From: Pelagomonas calceolata
Taxonomy: Eukaryota
Assembly (NCBI GenBank): GCA_918797485.1
Contig: CAKKNE010000005.1
Location: 4,960,001-5,024,000 of the forward strand
Reading direction: 5' to 3'
Length of the DNA: 64,000 nt
Shown: one piece after another, positions 22,453-32,251 of the stretch
Layout: each line of letters starts with the position of its first letter
Numbering within the stretch: position 1 is the stretch's first letter
Program-made: the position numbers and the translations under genes
The notes under the pieces: model-generated
Database searches by the model: none
Told to the model about the DNA's origin: nothing
Seen by the model: only the letters and a program-made list of their open reading frames with translations

Positions 22453-23406
22453 CTATCTTTCAAGGCCAAACTCGCGTAAGGCATGCCCTACCATACGAAG
22501 ATCAAGATCATCGAGTCGCCAGTCCAATTGCTCGTTCAAGGCCGTCCGCAATAGGTCTGTAATTTCTCGCGTCATCGGATGCGCGGGGCCCATGACGCGC
22601 CGAATTCGGGTATGTAGGTCCACGAGCCGTCCAACCGCTAGGCGTAGGCACGCTCTGGAGCCGATTCCGTGGGAATGACCGAAGAAATGGTAGAGGTACG
22701 TGGCGCGGGATTCCTCCAACTGCGGCCGCAACGTACGCATCGGGTGCGTCCGAGGGCGTGGTGGCGCCCAGATAAATCCGCCGCTCAAAATTGTTTTCGT
22801 GAGACGTCTCCGCGAGGAAGGGGCCGTCCAAGACCCTTAATGAGACGAAGCCCGGCGGGCCGCTCAGAGGCTGGCCACAATCCAAATCGAGCAAGGCGAC
22901 TTTTTGTGTGGACGCGTTGGCCAGGTAGCGGCAGAGCGTCGACTTGCCCGCGTTCTGGCCGCCGAGGGCCATCACCGAATTGATGCTTGCGAACCTTAAT
23001 GCAGCCTCGCGCCAGGGCTGCGGCTCGGCGAGGGGCCGCCAGCTGATCGCGTTCTCGACGAGTGCCACGGCCACGCCCTCGAAACGCTCGACGCCGGGCA
23101 CGTCCGGCGCCTCGGTGACCGCCAATTGTTGATTCGCTGCTGCAGTCACCTCGACGACGACCGGGCGGTTATCAGCCAAGGCGGACCGACAAACACTTCA
23201 TCGCCGGCGCGCTCGTAGCGGAGCACGAGCGCCGGGCTCGTCGCGTGCGCGCGTACGGTTTGATTTTGTCGCAAGACGTGGCCGTGGACCGCCGCGGCGC
23301 CCCGGAGGCAGCGCAGCGTCACGGCGCCGCGCAGCGCGAGCGGCGCGTCGGGGGCGACGCGCAGGAGGAGGCGGTCTGCCGAGGCCCAGGCGAAGGGCTC
23401 TGCCAT
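22453..23406 (-). pseudogene. Frameshifted, truncated Nol9/Grc3 (Clp1-family) polynucleotide kinase fused to an unrelated fragment
   Basis: N-terminal LALRGAVTLRCLRGAAAVHGHVL (ATG 23406); frameshift near 23190; P-loop GGQNAGKSTLCRYLAN, DLDCGQP..PPGFVSL, YLGATTP. The INTxGW motif and C-terminal half are missing; sequence switches near 22720. Confidence 0.7.
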
Positions 23407-23573
23407 CTTTTTGCTGTGCGCAGCGTGCGTGTGCAGCGCGACGCGGTGGGCGCAGCGATGGCGATCACGAGCCCTGCTTGGTCGCAGTGGAGATTTCACT
23501 AGCAGTGCTGCCTATCAAGCGTTGCCACTCGCTGTTGCTGCCGCTACGCGTTTGCTCGGCTGGCGGCGCTTTA

Positions 23574-23597
23574 GCTAGCGGCCAGTAAGACACTAGC
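23574..23597 (-). promoter_or_regulatory. CTAG-TGTCTTAC intergenic motif copy
   Basis: Reverse complement GCTAGTGTCTTACTGGCCGCTAGC; 168 bp from ATG 23406(-) and 177 bp from ATG 23774(+). Confidence 0.8.
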
Positions 23598-23773
23598 AAG
23601 CGGCTCGTTTTTGCCGTGTGAAGCTCCTGCGCTGCTGTCAGCGCGTAGAGCGCCCCAGAACTTTGCGCGAGGGCAACGACACACGACTCTTGCCGCAGCG
23701 AGCGAGCGCGCTGAGAACGCCGTCTAGCCGTCGTCGCGCGGCACGCACAAACCAGAAGCAGCCGTTTGCAACG

Positions 23774-25543
23774 ATGGTGAAGAAGCAGGGCTCCAAGACC
23801 ACGGGCGGCACGCCGCCGAAGAAGAAGTTCGGCAAAAAAGCGGCGCCCGACACTTACGAGGCCGACAAGAAGGTGATAGAGACGTTCTGCAAGCGGCGCG
23901 AGAACCGCGGGCTGGGCCAGAAAGACCTAGCGAGGAGGGCGTGCGAAAAATTGGGTTTCAACGCCATGTCGTTCAGCGCCGTGGAGGGCTACATTAAAAA
24001 TGCGAAGCTGGTGTCCGCCGCGGCCAAGGCCGCAAACAAGAAGGCCAAAATGCCGGCACACGCCAAAATCGACCTGAAAACGGTGACGGTCAAGGAGATG
24101 GTTAAGGAGGAGGACGGCTACGCCGTGCCGACCTACCCTTTAACTTTGACATCCGATAGCTCGACGAACAAGCACCCCAACAGCGCGCCGCTGCGCGGCG
24201 AACCGGTGCGGATCGTCGGCGAGGGCAAGGCGGCCGTAGACGATGCGCTAGAGAAGGCGTTCGACCGGAACCGCGTCATATTGAGCTACGTCGGCGACCA
24301 CGGCGCCGAGTTCGCGGCGCTACTAGAAGACCTCGAGGAGAGCGATCCGGAGCGCTACGAGCGGCTCGTCGCCATAAAAGAAAAGTATGACGACGTGCCA
24401 AGCTTCCGGTTCGAGACCGGCCGGCACGCCTCCGGCATCCCGGGCGTCCATCGCATGAAACGCAAGGGCCAGCCCGACCGCCTCGTCATCATCATCAAAG
24501 GTTCTCCTTTCGAGGGCGATAGCGAGGACGACACGCCCGAGGGCCGCAAAATAATCGAGGCGAAGGTCGCGGGGAGCTACTCGAGGACGCTGGAGCGGGC
24601 CCCGGTGCTCGCCAAGGCCGAAGAAGCCCTCCAGAACGGCGCGACCGAGGAGTCGCTCGTCGCCGAGAGCGACTTGTCCTTGGTGCCGGGCGCGGAGCCG
24701 GGCGCGGCGCGGGCGTCGCGGGGCCGGGCCACGGAGCGGGCGCCGCGGGCGTCGGCGCCCAGGAAGCGGGCGGCGTCGGCGCCGGCGCCCACGACCAAAC
24801 GGCCGAAGAGAGACGAGATGGACCGGCTGGCCCAGTTGGCGTTGCGCCGGGTGCATGCTGCTGCGGCGGCTGCGCGGCGCAAAGGCGTCGCGATCGCGTT
24901 TACGGACGAGACCATGCGCGCGTTCGAAAGATTATGCACGGCGTCCTCCAAGAAGACGCCGCCGACCGACCGGCCGACGGTCGAGAGTTACAAGGACGTG
25001 ATTCAGCCGCTGCAGGAGGCTTTAGATGAGCTGTGGGACGCGCTGGACATCGACTCGGAGTCAGTGATGCTCTGGGGGCCGTGCCCGCCGACGGAGTGCC
25101 TCGGCCAGGCGCCGGAGACGAAGCCCATGATGGGCACCGCGTGGAACGCGGTCATGGCGGGCGGCTGGGCGGGGGGCGTCAACGATGCGTCGGAACACGA
25201 CTCCTTCGTCGCGGCCCTCGACGGCCACTGCCGGGACCGCGGGCTACTGAAGCATTTCCTAGAAAGGCGCTACGGGGCCGTGCTCACGCCGTATCAGTAC
25301 GCCGAGCTCGCGCCGGCGTGGTGCGTCGACGTCGCCATCGACTTCAATGATAGAGAGATGTCGGTGCCGGTGCTGGAGGGCGTCTTCCTGCGGCCCAAGG
25401 CGCTCGCGAATCGCTGGCGCCACGGGATGCGCCGGTCCGAGTGGGTCCGGTACATGGGCGCTGGTCGCGTGGACGCTATCGTCGCGCGCTACTCCGCGGC
25501 GACGAACCTGCTGCGCGCCGACGAGCACGCGGGCTTCGCCTAG
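23774..25543 (+). CDS. Hypothetical basic, probably nuclear protein (589 aa)
   Basis: Long ORF with genome-typical codon use; ATG 23774 (MVKKQG), NLS-like PPKKK and KRPKR. Confidence 0.7.
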   Translation: MVKKQGSKTTGGTPPKKKFGKKAAPDTYEADKKVIETFCKRRENRGLGQKDLARRACEKLGFNAMSFSAVEGYIKNAKLVSAAAKAANKKAKMPAHAKIDLKTVTVKEMVKEEDGYAVPTYPLTLTSDSSTNKHPNSAPLRGEPVRIVGEGKAAVDDALEKAFDRNRVILSYVGDHGAEFAALLEDLEESDPERYERLVAIKEKYDDVPSFRFETGRHASGIPGVHRMKRKGQPDRLVIIIKGSPFEGDSEDDTPEGRKIIEAKVAGSYSRTLERAPVLAKAEEALQNGATEESLVAESDLSLVPGAEPGAARASRGRATERAPRASAPRKRAASAPAPTTKRPKRDEMDRLAQLALRRVHAAAAAARRKGVAIAFTDETMRAFERLCTASSKKTPPTDRPTVESYKDVIQPLQEALDELWDALDIDSESVMLWGPCPPTECLGQAPETKPMMGTAWNAVMAGGWAGGVNDASEHDSFVAALDGHCRDRGLLKHFLERRYGAVLTPYQYAELAPAWCVDVAIDFNDREMSVPVLEGVFLRPKALANRWRHGMRRSEWVRYMGAGRVDAIVARYSAATNLLRADEHAGFA

Positions 25544-25705
25544 TCCGTCCCGGGACGTTGCCGACCGCTGCCGCCAAGCCTGGTAGCGCTGTCCTTAAGA
25601 AGCTGTTACGTAACTCGCGAGTCTATCTACGGGGAGGACTCGCCGCCGCGGAACGCCGCGGCGCAATCTCGATCTGCCCCCCCCCCAGGCGGACCGGCGT
25701 CTCTA

Positions 25706-26077
25706 TTGTCTTGGGGAGGACTGAAAGGACGAGAAACAAACGAAAATAACGATGCGCGTGAAACCCGAATTGATTTTGGCACAAACTCCTGCTTTGACCT
25801 GTTTTACGCCCAAAACTCGACGACCGTGACGTATCTGCAACGAAGCGCCTACGAGCTTTTCTCGCGAGACGCGGAGTCGCGCGGTGTACGTTACACGCGC
25901 AGGTGCGCGAGCCCGTGGTCCGTCATCTTCGACTTCGACAAGCGGAATAATTTTTATTCCGACTACGTGCACATGCTGGGCAAGGTGCGCGTCTACTCGC
26001 CCGAGGTCATGAAGGTGGCCGCGGCGTGGCTCCGGAAGGCGGTCCGCAGAATGTCCAAGTGCGTGAACGTGGCCTAG
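25706..26077 (+). pseudogene. Protein-like ORF fragment without a good start
   Basis: Frame has globular composition and GC3 bias (RIDFGTNSCFDLFY..PWSVIFDFDKR..) but the first ATG is near its end. Confidence 0.3.
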
Positions 26078-26439
26078 ACGCGTAGTCGTATGACACAAAC
26101 CACCCTCTTGTAAGAACTTAGAACCGCAGCGACTTGGGGTGCTCATCGTTTCGTTACTAGGCACTAACGCCCAACAACTGACGTCAAACTAGCCCGGGCG
26201 GTGGCGGCGAGCGACGCCTCGGCCGCGCCGAAGGCGGGGGCCGGCGGCGGCGATCGCGCCGATGGCGTTCCGCTCGTGGACGCCGGCGCCGAGGCGCGCG
26301 GGTCCGTCGACGATGGTCGCGTCTGCGGCGCATCAAGGCGAAGATGATGGCGGGCAAGTGAGTCCTCTCTGGACGGCCGCGCGCGAGAGACCCCCTCCTC
26401 GTCCCGCATATAACGATGCACCTTACACAACCAGGGTTC

Positions 26440-26464
26440 GCTAGTGTCTTACTGGGGCGCTAGC
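26440..26464 (+). promoter_or_regulatory. CTAG-TGTCTTAC intergenic motif copy
   Basis: GCTAGTGTCTTACTGGGGCGCTAGC; 160 bp upstream of ATG 26624(+). Confidence 0.8.
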
Positions 26465-26623
26465 TCGATCGATGGACATCGCAGTGATTTAGAGGTCGTA
26501 CCCGTGGGTTCACTGCAACGAGGAAAGCCAGCGTTGGTGCAAGGCATCGCCACGACCACAAAGCTTTGTAACGCGACATCTGAGCCTGCAACCGCACATC
26601 TCAAGCACGAAACTGCAGCAGTC

Positions 26624-28939
26624 ATGGCGCCACCATGCATCGGCATCGACTTAGGTGCAGCAAAAACGATGGTCGTAGGAGAAACGGGCGAGATCGTGCG
26701 TAATGAGCTCGGCGGCCACAGTTCGGCGTCGCTCGTCGGCTTTAGTGGAGACGAGAGGTATGTGGGAGAGGGCGCCGTGGCGCAGCTCGCGACGAATGCC
26801 AAGAACACGGCGCGCATCGGCGAGCGCCTTCACGGCCGTGCCGAGGGTGGCGGCTTCACGGCGTTCTACGCCGGCGCCGAGACAGCCATTGCTGATGACG
26901 CTCTAGCAGCGGCACTACTGAGGAACGTCGGCTCATTAGCGAACAAAACCTTCGGCGGCGTCCAGGCGACGGCCCTAGTCGTGCCTAACGCCTGGGAGGA
27001 GTCGCAAATCGCCACGCTAGCTAGAGCGGCAGCAGCCGGGCTCGACGGTGGCGTGGAGTTTGTGAAGGCAGATTCATGCTTAAGGCTGGCCTACGAGAAG
27101 CGCCACGCGACGAACCTGGAGAAGGACGAGACTAGAGTTGTGGCCTTTGTGGACGTTGGTAGGTGTGCTGCCTCTTGCGTCGTGTGCTCCTTTACCCAGG
27201 AAGAATCGTCGATCCTAGCGTCCGAAGCTTCTACCGATGGCACTTACGCGGGCACCGCAGCCTTAGATGCGTTGGTCTACGACTACTTGCTCATAAAACT
27301 GCCGAAGGGCGTCGACAAACCGGTAGCAGGATCGAAGAAGGGTCTGCGACTACTAAATGCCTGTGAAAGATTGCGAGTACTCCTGTCAACCATGGATTTA
27401 GCTAAAGTGACCTGCGAGAACTTGGGGGAGGAAAGGGACGTGCCCCTAGAATTAACGAGAAAGGAGCTCGAGGAGGTCTGCGCGCCTGCGCTGAAGGGTT
27501 TATATCACTTGTTGGAACGAGCCAAAATGGGCGCCGGCATGGTCGTCGACGCCGTCGAACTGGTGGGGGGCGGGTCGCGCGTCTGTGCGGTCCGTAATTG
27601 CGCGGGCGAGGTCTTCGGCACGTCCACTTTCGGCGCGAAGATGGACGACGCGTCGTTAGCTCATGGGGCTGCCTTAGCTCTGGCGACGGAGCGCGACGCG
27701 CGGAAGAACGTCTGGTTGCAACGAGAGGCGCTTGTTGCCGCGCAATCGAGGTCTCATGAGAACACGAAGTTGCTGGACGAGGCGAAGGCAAACCTGGACA
27801 AGGAGGAGAAGGCCGCGGCGTTCAAGGCGCAAGAAGCGGCCGCGGAGAAACCGGAGAACGGCGACGGCGACGAGGCCCCGGTGCCCGCCGCGGAAGACGC
27901 GCCCGAGTCGACGCTGCAGATCCGCGTCCGCGTCCTCTCGCAAAAAGCTGAGGATTTGAAGGCGGACGAGCGGAAGGTGACTTCCGCACTAGAACAAGCC
28001 GCGGACGTCGCTGATAGAGCTGCGAAGGTCTTAGCCACAAGGCCCGAGACCGACGCGGTTGAGCTGAGGAAAGCCGAGGACGCCATGTGTGAGAGGGACG
28101 AAGGTGTGCGATTGGTCGCGGAGCAGCGGAACGCCCTCGAGACGTGTGTCTTGGAATTACGGGCCGCGAAGAACGGCTCGCACTACAAGCTTTTTGAGGA
28201 GAAGGCGGTGGAATTTGGTGACTTACTCCAGGCCGCCGAGGACTGGCTCTGGTCGGACGAGGCGTCGAACGCCGACGCCATCGCGCAGAAGAAGGAGCAG
28301 GTCCTCGCGGATGCCAAAGCTCTGGTACCGGAGTACTTCGCCAAGGTCGAGGCGGAGCGGTTAGCTACTGAAAAAGAACTAGAAAAGGAAGCGGCGACGG
28401 CGACGAACGAGGATGATGATGATGAGCGAAGGGAGGATCGCATCAACGCGGATACGCGAAAGTTGAAATTCGCCGACCGATTTCGATTGGTCGAGAAAAA
28501 TAAAGCGGAGGGCACGGAGTTATTTAAAGATGGCAATATTCATCATGCCGCCAAACGGTATAAGGACGCTCTAGGTCATGCCTCGAAGCTGCGGGAGTAC
28601 GACTTGGGACCCGACGACGCCGCGAAGACCAAAAAGATAAAGGTGGACTTACATGTGAACATGGCCCTGTGCTGGACGAAGCTCCAGAACAACGACCAAG
28701 CTTTAAAGAGTGCCGGCGAAGCCCTGGCCCTGGAACCGGCCCACCCGAAGGCCCTTTACCGAAGAGCCGCGCTCTACGAAAAAACCTCAAAATTCGACGA
28801 GGCCAAGGCCGACCTCAAACAGGTCTTGAAGGCCAACGAGGCCGACAAGGCCGCGCTTGCCCTCATGAAGCGCGTCGACGCGCAGCTCGCGCGGCAAAAG
28901 GCGAAAGCCAAAAAGATGGCGGCGAAGATGTTCGCCTAG
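26624..28939 (+). CDS. Hsp70/Hsp110-like protein with C-terminal TPR clamp
   Basis: IGIDLG, IVRNELGG, VAFVDVG, VELVGGGSRV, RNALE..AEDWLW (Hsp110 lid); KNKAEGTELFK..YKDAL, HVNMALCW, KALYRRA (TPR). Confidence 0.88.
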   Translation: MAPPCIGIDLGAAKTMVVGETGEIVRNELGGHSSASLVGFSGDERYVGEGAVAQLATNAKNTARIGERLHGRAEGGGFTAFYAGAETAIADDALAAALLRNVGSLANKTFGGVQATALVVPNAWEESQIATLARAAAAGLDGGVEFVKADSCLRLAYEKRHATNLEKDETRVVAFVDVGRCAASCVVCSFTQEESSILASEASTDGTYAGTAALDALVYDYLLIKLPKGVDKPVAGSKKGLRLLNACERLRVLLSTMDLAKVTCENLGEERDVPLELTRKELEEVCAPALKGLYHLLERAKMGAGMVVDAVELVGGGSRVCAVRNCAGEVFGTSTFGAKMDDASLAHGAALALATERDARKNVWLQREALVAAQSRSHENTKLLDEAKANLDKEEKAAAFKAQEAAAEKPENGDGDEAPVPAAEDAPESTLQIRVRVLSQKAEDLKADERKVTSALEQAADVADRAAKVLATRPETDAVELRKAEDAMCERDEGVRLVAEQRNALETCVLELRAAKNGSHYKLFEEKAVEFGDLLQAAEDWLWSDEASNADAIAQKKEQVLADAKALVPEYFAKVEAERLATEKELEKEAATATNEDDDDERREDRINADTRKLKFADRFRLVEKNKAEGTELFKDGNIHHAAKRYKDALGHASKLREYDLGPDDAAKTKKIKVDLHVNMALCWTKLQNNDQALKSAGEALALEPAHPKALYRRAALYEKTSKFDEAKADLKQVLKANEADKAALALMKRVDAQLARQKAKAKKMAAKMFA

Positions 28940-28963
28940 GGCGTTTTAATATTGGAAGTTTTC

Positions 28964-29281
28964 TTAGTCGTCGGCGGCGTTCTCGGGAAGCGATGGCGTG
29001 CCGCGGGCGCGGAGCGCGGCTCCGAGCGTCACAAGCGAGCGTCGCAAGGATTCATCAATCAACGTTGTGGTCGGGTGCGCACCGCCGAGCACGCGCCGCG
29101 CGGTCGGTTCGATCTCCTCGAGCGTCGCCACGGCCTCGCGGAGGTCGTCGAGCGTGGCGGCGGGGTCCAGGTGGAGCGCATCCGCGTAGAGTGTTGAAGT
29201 TTGTTGGACTTGCAAATCGGGTTCACACCATTTTCGGCCGAAGGAGGACCTGCTGAGTGTTGAGGGTTCTGAGGGACTCAT
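28964..29281 (-). pseudogene. C-terminal fragment of a dispersed TPR-like 'ARRVLGxAHP' family
   Basis: YADALHLDPAATLDDLREAVATLEEIEPTARRVLGGAHP closely resembles the ORF at 60474..60983; 5' part missing. Confidence 0.6.
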
Positions 29282-29394
29282 CGTATCGCTTTCGACGCCA
29301 GCGACTTAGCCTGTCGCCTGGCGGCGTAGACGCCCGCAAGCCTTTGCCTAAGTGCCCTCTCGACCACGGGCGCCGCGCTACGCAGATAACAATC

Positions 29395-29784
29395 ATGTCA
29401 CAAACCGACGGCGGCAAGACGACGCTGTGCTATATGCACGGCTCGCTGAGCCTTGACGAGGATCAGATCTTCGAGGGCGAGTGGTCGTACGACGACCCGG
29501 CGGAGTGCGACGACGAGCCCGAGGAATCTTGGCTCTTCGAATACAAAGTGGTCGATCAAACGTGCAGTCCAGACGGCAGGACGGAGACAATCACGTTCAG
29601 AGGAACTTTCCTACACAAAGACGGCGTCGCCAAGGACGAATTCGTGCTCCACTGTGACACTATAGATAGCCCGTCTACGTACACGGGCCGCGGCGAATCG
29701 GACTTTGGCGAGTACACGATCGTGGGCGAGTGTATCAATGGAGAACTCGACAGCGCGGAGTTTACCTTCCGGAAGCTTGTGTAG
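29395..29784 (+). CDS. Small acidic hypothetical protein, paralog of the N-terminal domain of the next gene
   Basis: ATG 29395; GEWSY..WLFEY..FRGTF..YTGRGESDFGEYTIVG aligns with GDWFY..WPFRL..LRGSF..VSGSGSSRFGAYTVVG of 30150.. Confidence 0.7.
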   Translation: MSQTDGGKTTLCYMHGSLSLDEDQIFEGEWSYDDPAECDDEPEESWLFEYKVVDQTCSPDGRTETITFRGTFLHKDGVAKDEFVLHCDTIDSPSTYTGRGESDFGEYTIVGECINGELDSAEFTFRKLV

Positions 29785-29925
29785 TCGTCGTCGTCGTCGT
29801 GTTTAAGATAGATGGATATATATTAATTCACGTGCGAGAGAGAGAGGGGAACTATTTCGGTTTTGGGGGGGGCAGGCACCTAGGGAGGGCTATCGGGGGA
29901 GCTATCCCCCGCTTGCTTGCTATGC

Positions 29926-29948
29926 CTAGTGTCTTACAGGCCGCTAGC
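29926..29948 (+). promoter_or_regulatory. CTAG-TGTCTTAC intergenic motif copy
   Basis: CTAGTGTCTTACAGGCCGCTAGC; 202 bp upstream of ATG 30150(+). Confidence 0.8.
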
Positions 29949-30149
29949 ACCGGCAGCAACGCGGTACCGACCCGGGACGGCTCGTGAACACGGGCTCAGA
30001 GCCCCAAAAGACGCACGCAAGAAGTGCAAAGTGCTGCGGCATCATCGCCCCAGCGATAACGGTACTTGGCTGCGCCCGCAGCCGACCTGCTCTCCCGTAA
30101 CACACAGAGAGCAGATAAGCACTGACAGCGCGAGCGGCGCTATTACGAC

Positions 30150-31655
30150 ATGTCGTCACCCGCAGCGCCCGCCGGAAGCAGCACGCCCGCCGACGCGACC
30201 GAAACGGCAACCATCTGCCACCTCGCCGGCACGCTCACAGCGTCGGAGTGCGCCGGCGACTGGTTCTACGCCGCCGAGGGCGAGCGCTGGCCCTTCCGCC
30301 TCGCGGTCCTGGACGAGCGGGACACGGGCGTCGACGAGCGCACGCTGTTACTGAGAGGCTCGTTCGAGCACGCCGGTGGTATTGCCGACGACGACCTCGA
30401 GCTGACGATTTGTAATAATGACGTGTCGGGCTCGGGCAGTTCAAGATTTGGGGCCTACACCGTCGTCGGCACGGTCCACGGAGATTCCATACAAATACGC
30501 AAGCTCAAGAACGTCCTCCCAAAAAAGCGGCGGCGCCGGTCGACGAAGAAAGTGGACGAGGACGCGTCGCGCGAGTTAGATAAACCAAAGAAGCGGAAGA
30601 AGAAGCAGAAGCTCGTGGCGAGAAAGCCGCCGGCCGAGGGCGCCCAGCTGCTAGTCAAGTGGGCCGGCGACGACGGTTCGGATAGGGAGGATGGGCGCTA
30701 TCCCTGTGTATTACGGGGCGGCCAGTTGTATGGGGACTGGGAGGAGCCCGTGCCGTTTGACCCGGACGACGTCGCGACCCGAGTGGAATCAAATTTCGGG
30801 CGCCCCACGCCATCGACGCGACGTGCTTCCGTAGCTGCGTCTGCGCGATGGTGTCGTGATTTCACGCCATCGACGCGACGTTGTCCCCGTGGCCGCGTCG
30901 GCTCGATGGCGTGGAAGTACACGAAGAACCTAACTCACTGGTTGATTTCCACACAGGACGACTGGCGCTACGGCGAGGGCGCCTACAAACAAAGGGCGCT
31001 GGACTTTGTCGCGCGGTTCTGCGCCAAGCTGCCGCCGCCGCCCAAGGAGCCGAAGAAGCGACAAAAACGGGTCGATATACCGCCGGTCGAGGCGATCGGG
31101 GACCTCGTCGCCGAGATGGCGGAGTTCGTGGCCGATAATGCGCCCGAGGATATCCAGAACGCCTACGCGTGTTCGCTGCACCCGGCGGAGTATCTGCGGA
31201 GGTGGGCCCGCGGCGACTCCTTATTGAGACCGCTGCGGGGCCTGAACGTGCAGCACCCCTGGGCGCCGATGCTCCTCGACGGCTCGAAGGTCATCGAGGC
31301 GCGGACGTATGATATAGACGACAAGGGCGGGTTCGGTAATGAGTGGTTCTGGGTCGTCGAGACGCCGGGCAAGCAGCGGCAGCGGGGCCAGCGGGCGCGC
31401 ATCACGGGCTGCGTCAAGTTTTGTCGGGAGGCCGTGCGCTACACGTCCCTCGACCAGTGGCGCGCGGACGAAGATAAGCACCGCATCGCGGCGGGCTCGG
31501 ACTACGACTGGGACGGCCGCGGCGCGATGTTCGGCTGGCGCGTCGAGCGCGTCATGGTGCTCCGCGAGCCGGTGCCGGGCCCGGACCGCAAGGGCACGAT
31601 CAACTCGAAGCCCGTGCCGCGGCTCGTGCCTCGGGACGGCTGGGTCGTCGCCTGA
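30150..31655 (+). CDS. Multidomain protein with C-terminal ASCH/PUA-like domain; probable intron 30771-30956 (439 aa spliced)
   Basis: LRGLNVQHPWAPMLLDGSKVIEARTY..ITGCVKF..FGWRV is an ASCH signature; the in-frame insert is IE5. Confidence 0.78.
   Translation: MSSPAAPAGSSTPADATETATICHLAGTLTASECAGDWFYAAEGERWPFRLAVLDERDTGVDERTLLLRGSFEHAGGIADDDLELTICNNDVSGSGSSRFGAYTVVGTVHGDSIQIRKLKNVLPKKRRRRSTKKVDEDASRELDKPKKRKKKQKLVARKPPAEGAQLLVKWAGDDGSDREDGRYPCVLRGGQLYGDWEEPVPFDPDDVATRVESNFGRPTPSTRRASVAASARWCRDFTPSTRRCPRGRVGSMAWKYTKNLTHWLISTQDDWRYGEGAYKQRALDFVARFCAKLPPPPKEPKKRQKRVDIPPVEAIGDLVAEMAEFVADNAPEDIQNAYACSLHPAEYLRRWARGDSLLRPLRGLNVQHPWAPMLLDGSKVIEARTYDIDDKGGFGNEWFWVVETPGKQRQRGQRARITGCVKFCREAVRYTSLDQWRADEDKHRIAAGSDYDWDGRGAMFGWRVERVMVLREPVPGPDRKGTINSKPVPRLVPRDGWVVA
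30779..30956 (+). mobile_element. Degenerate introner element IE5; in-frame 186-nt intron 30771-30956
   Basis: Right TIR TTGATTTCCACACAG intact; left TIR eroded (CCGAGTGGAATCAA); GT 8 nt before it; internal CACGCCATCGACGCG motifs; TSD not recognisable. Confidence 0.8.
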
Positions 31656-31876
31656 GTAATGTCCTTTTTTGTGGCTCGGGAGATACAACAAAGATCATAT
31701 ACACAACTAGAGTCAGACGCGTGCACGCGACCGCAGGACCTTTCTACAAGCTTCGCGTCCGCATCGCGATCGCTCGAGGTTGTACGACGACGCGCCTGCT
31801 GTCGTCGCCGGCGTCTGGTCCGTAGCCGAGGATCGCGGCGCGCAATTCGAGGTCGCACTCGGAGGGCTCCGCGCGA

Positions 31877-32149
31877 TTAAGGCGACGGTTTGCCCTTGTA
31901 AACCGGCCGTCGTGGTGCGACGTCCGGCTCCTCGTCGAGCGCGAACGAGTTGTCGGCCTCGTCGTCCGAGTCGATGCCGTCGTCGTCGCTGTCCGTGTCC
32001 GATTCCGTGGACTGCTCGGCCGCCTCGGCGCGGAGCCGCTCGAGTTTCTCAGCATACTTTTTGGCCTTGTGATGCTTTCCAGCTTTTTCTGCTTGTTTGA
32101 GCTTGCGCTCGTACTGCTCGATTTTTTCGTCAAGATAATCATCACCCAT
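31877..32149 (-). CDS. Small charged hypothetical protein (90 aa)
   Basis: ATG-initiated helical Lys/Glu-rich ORF, divergent from 32383 across a motif copy. Confidence 0.5.
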   Translation of the reverse strand: MGDDYLDEKIEQYERKLKQAEKAGKHHKAKKYAEKLERLRAEAAEQSTESDTDSDDDGIDSDDEADNSFALDEEPDVAPRRPVYKGKPSP

Positions 32150-32228
32150 GATCGCCCTTGCAATTGATGAGCCGTGAAACAGCCCAGGCGCCTTGTTATC
32201 GATATCAAGCGTGGTGATGCCCTGCTTC

Positions 32229-32251
32229 CTAGTGTCTTACACGACGCTAGC
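32229..32251 (+). promoter_or_regulatory. CTAG-TGTCTTAC intergenic motif copy
   Basis: CTAGTGTCTTACACGACGCTAGC between ATG 32149(-) and 32383(+). Confidence 0.75.
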
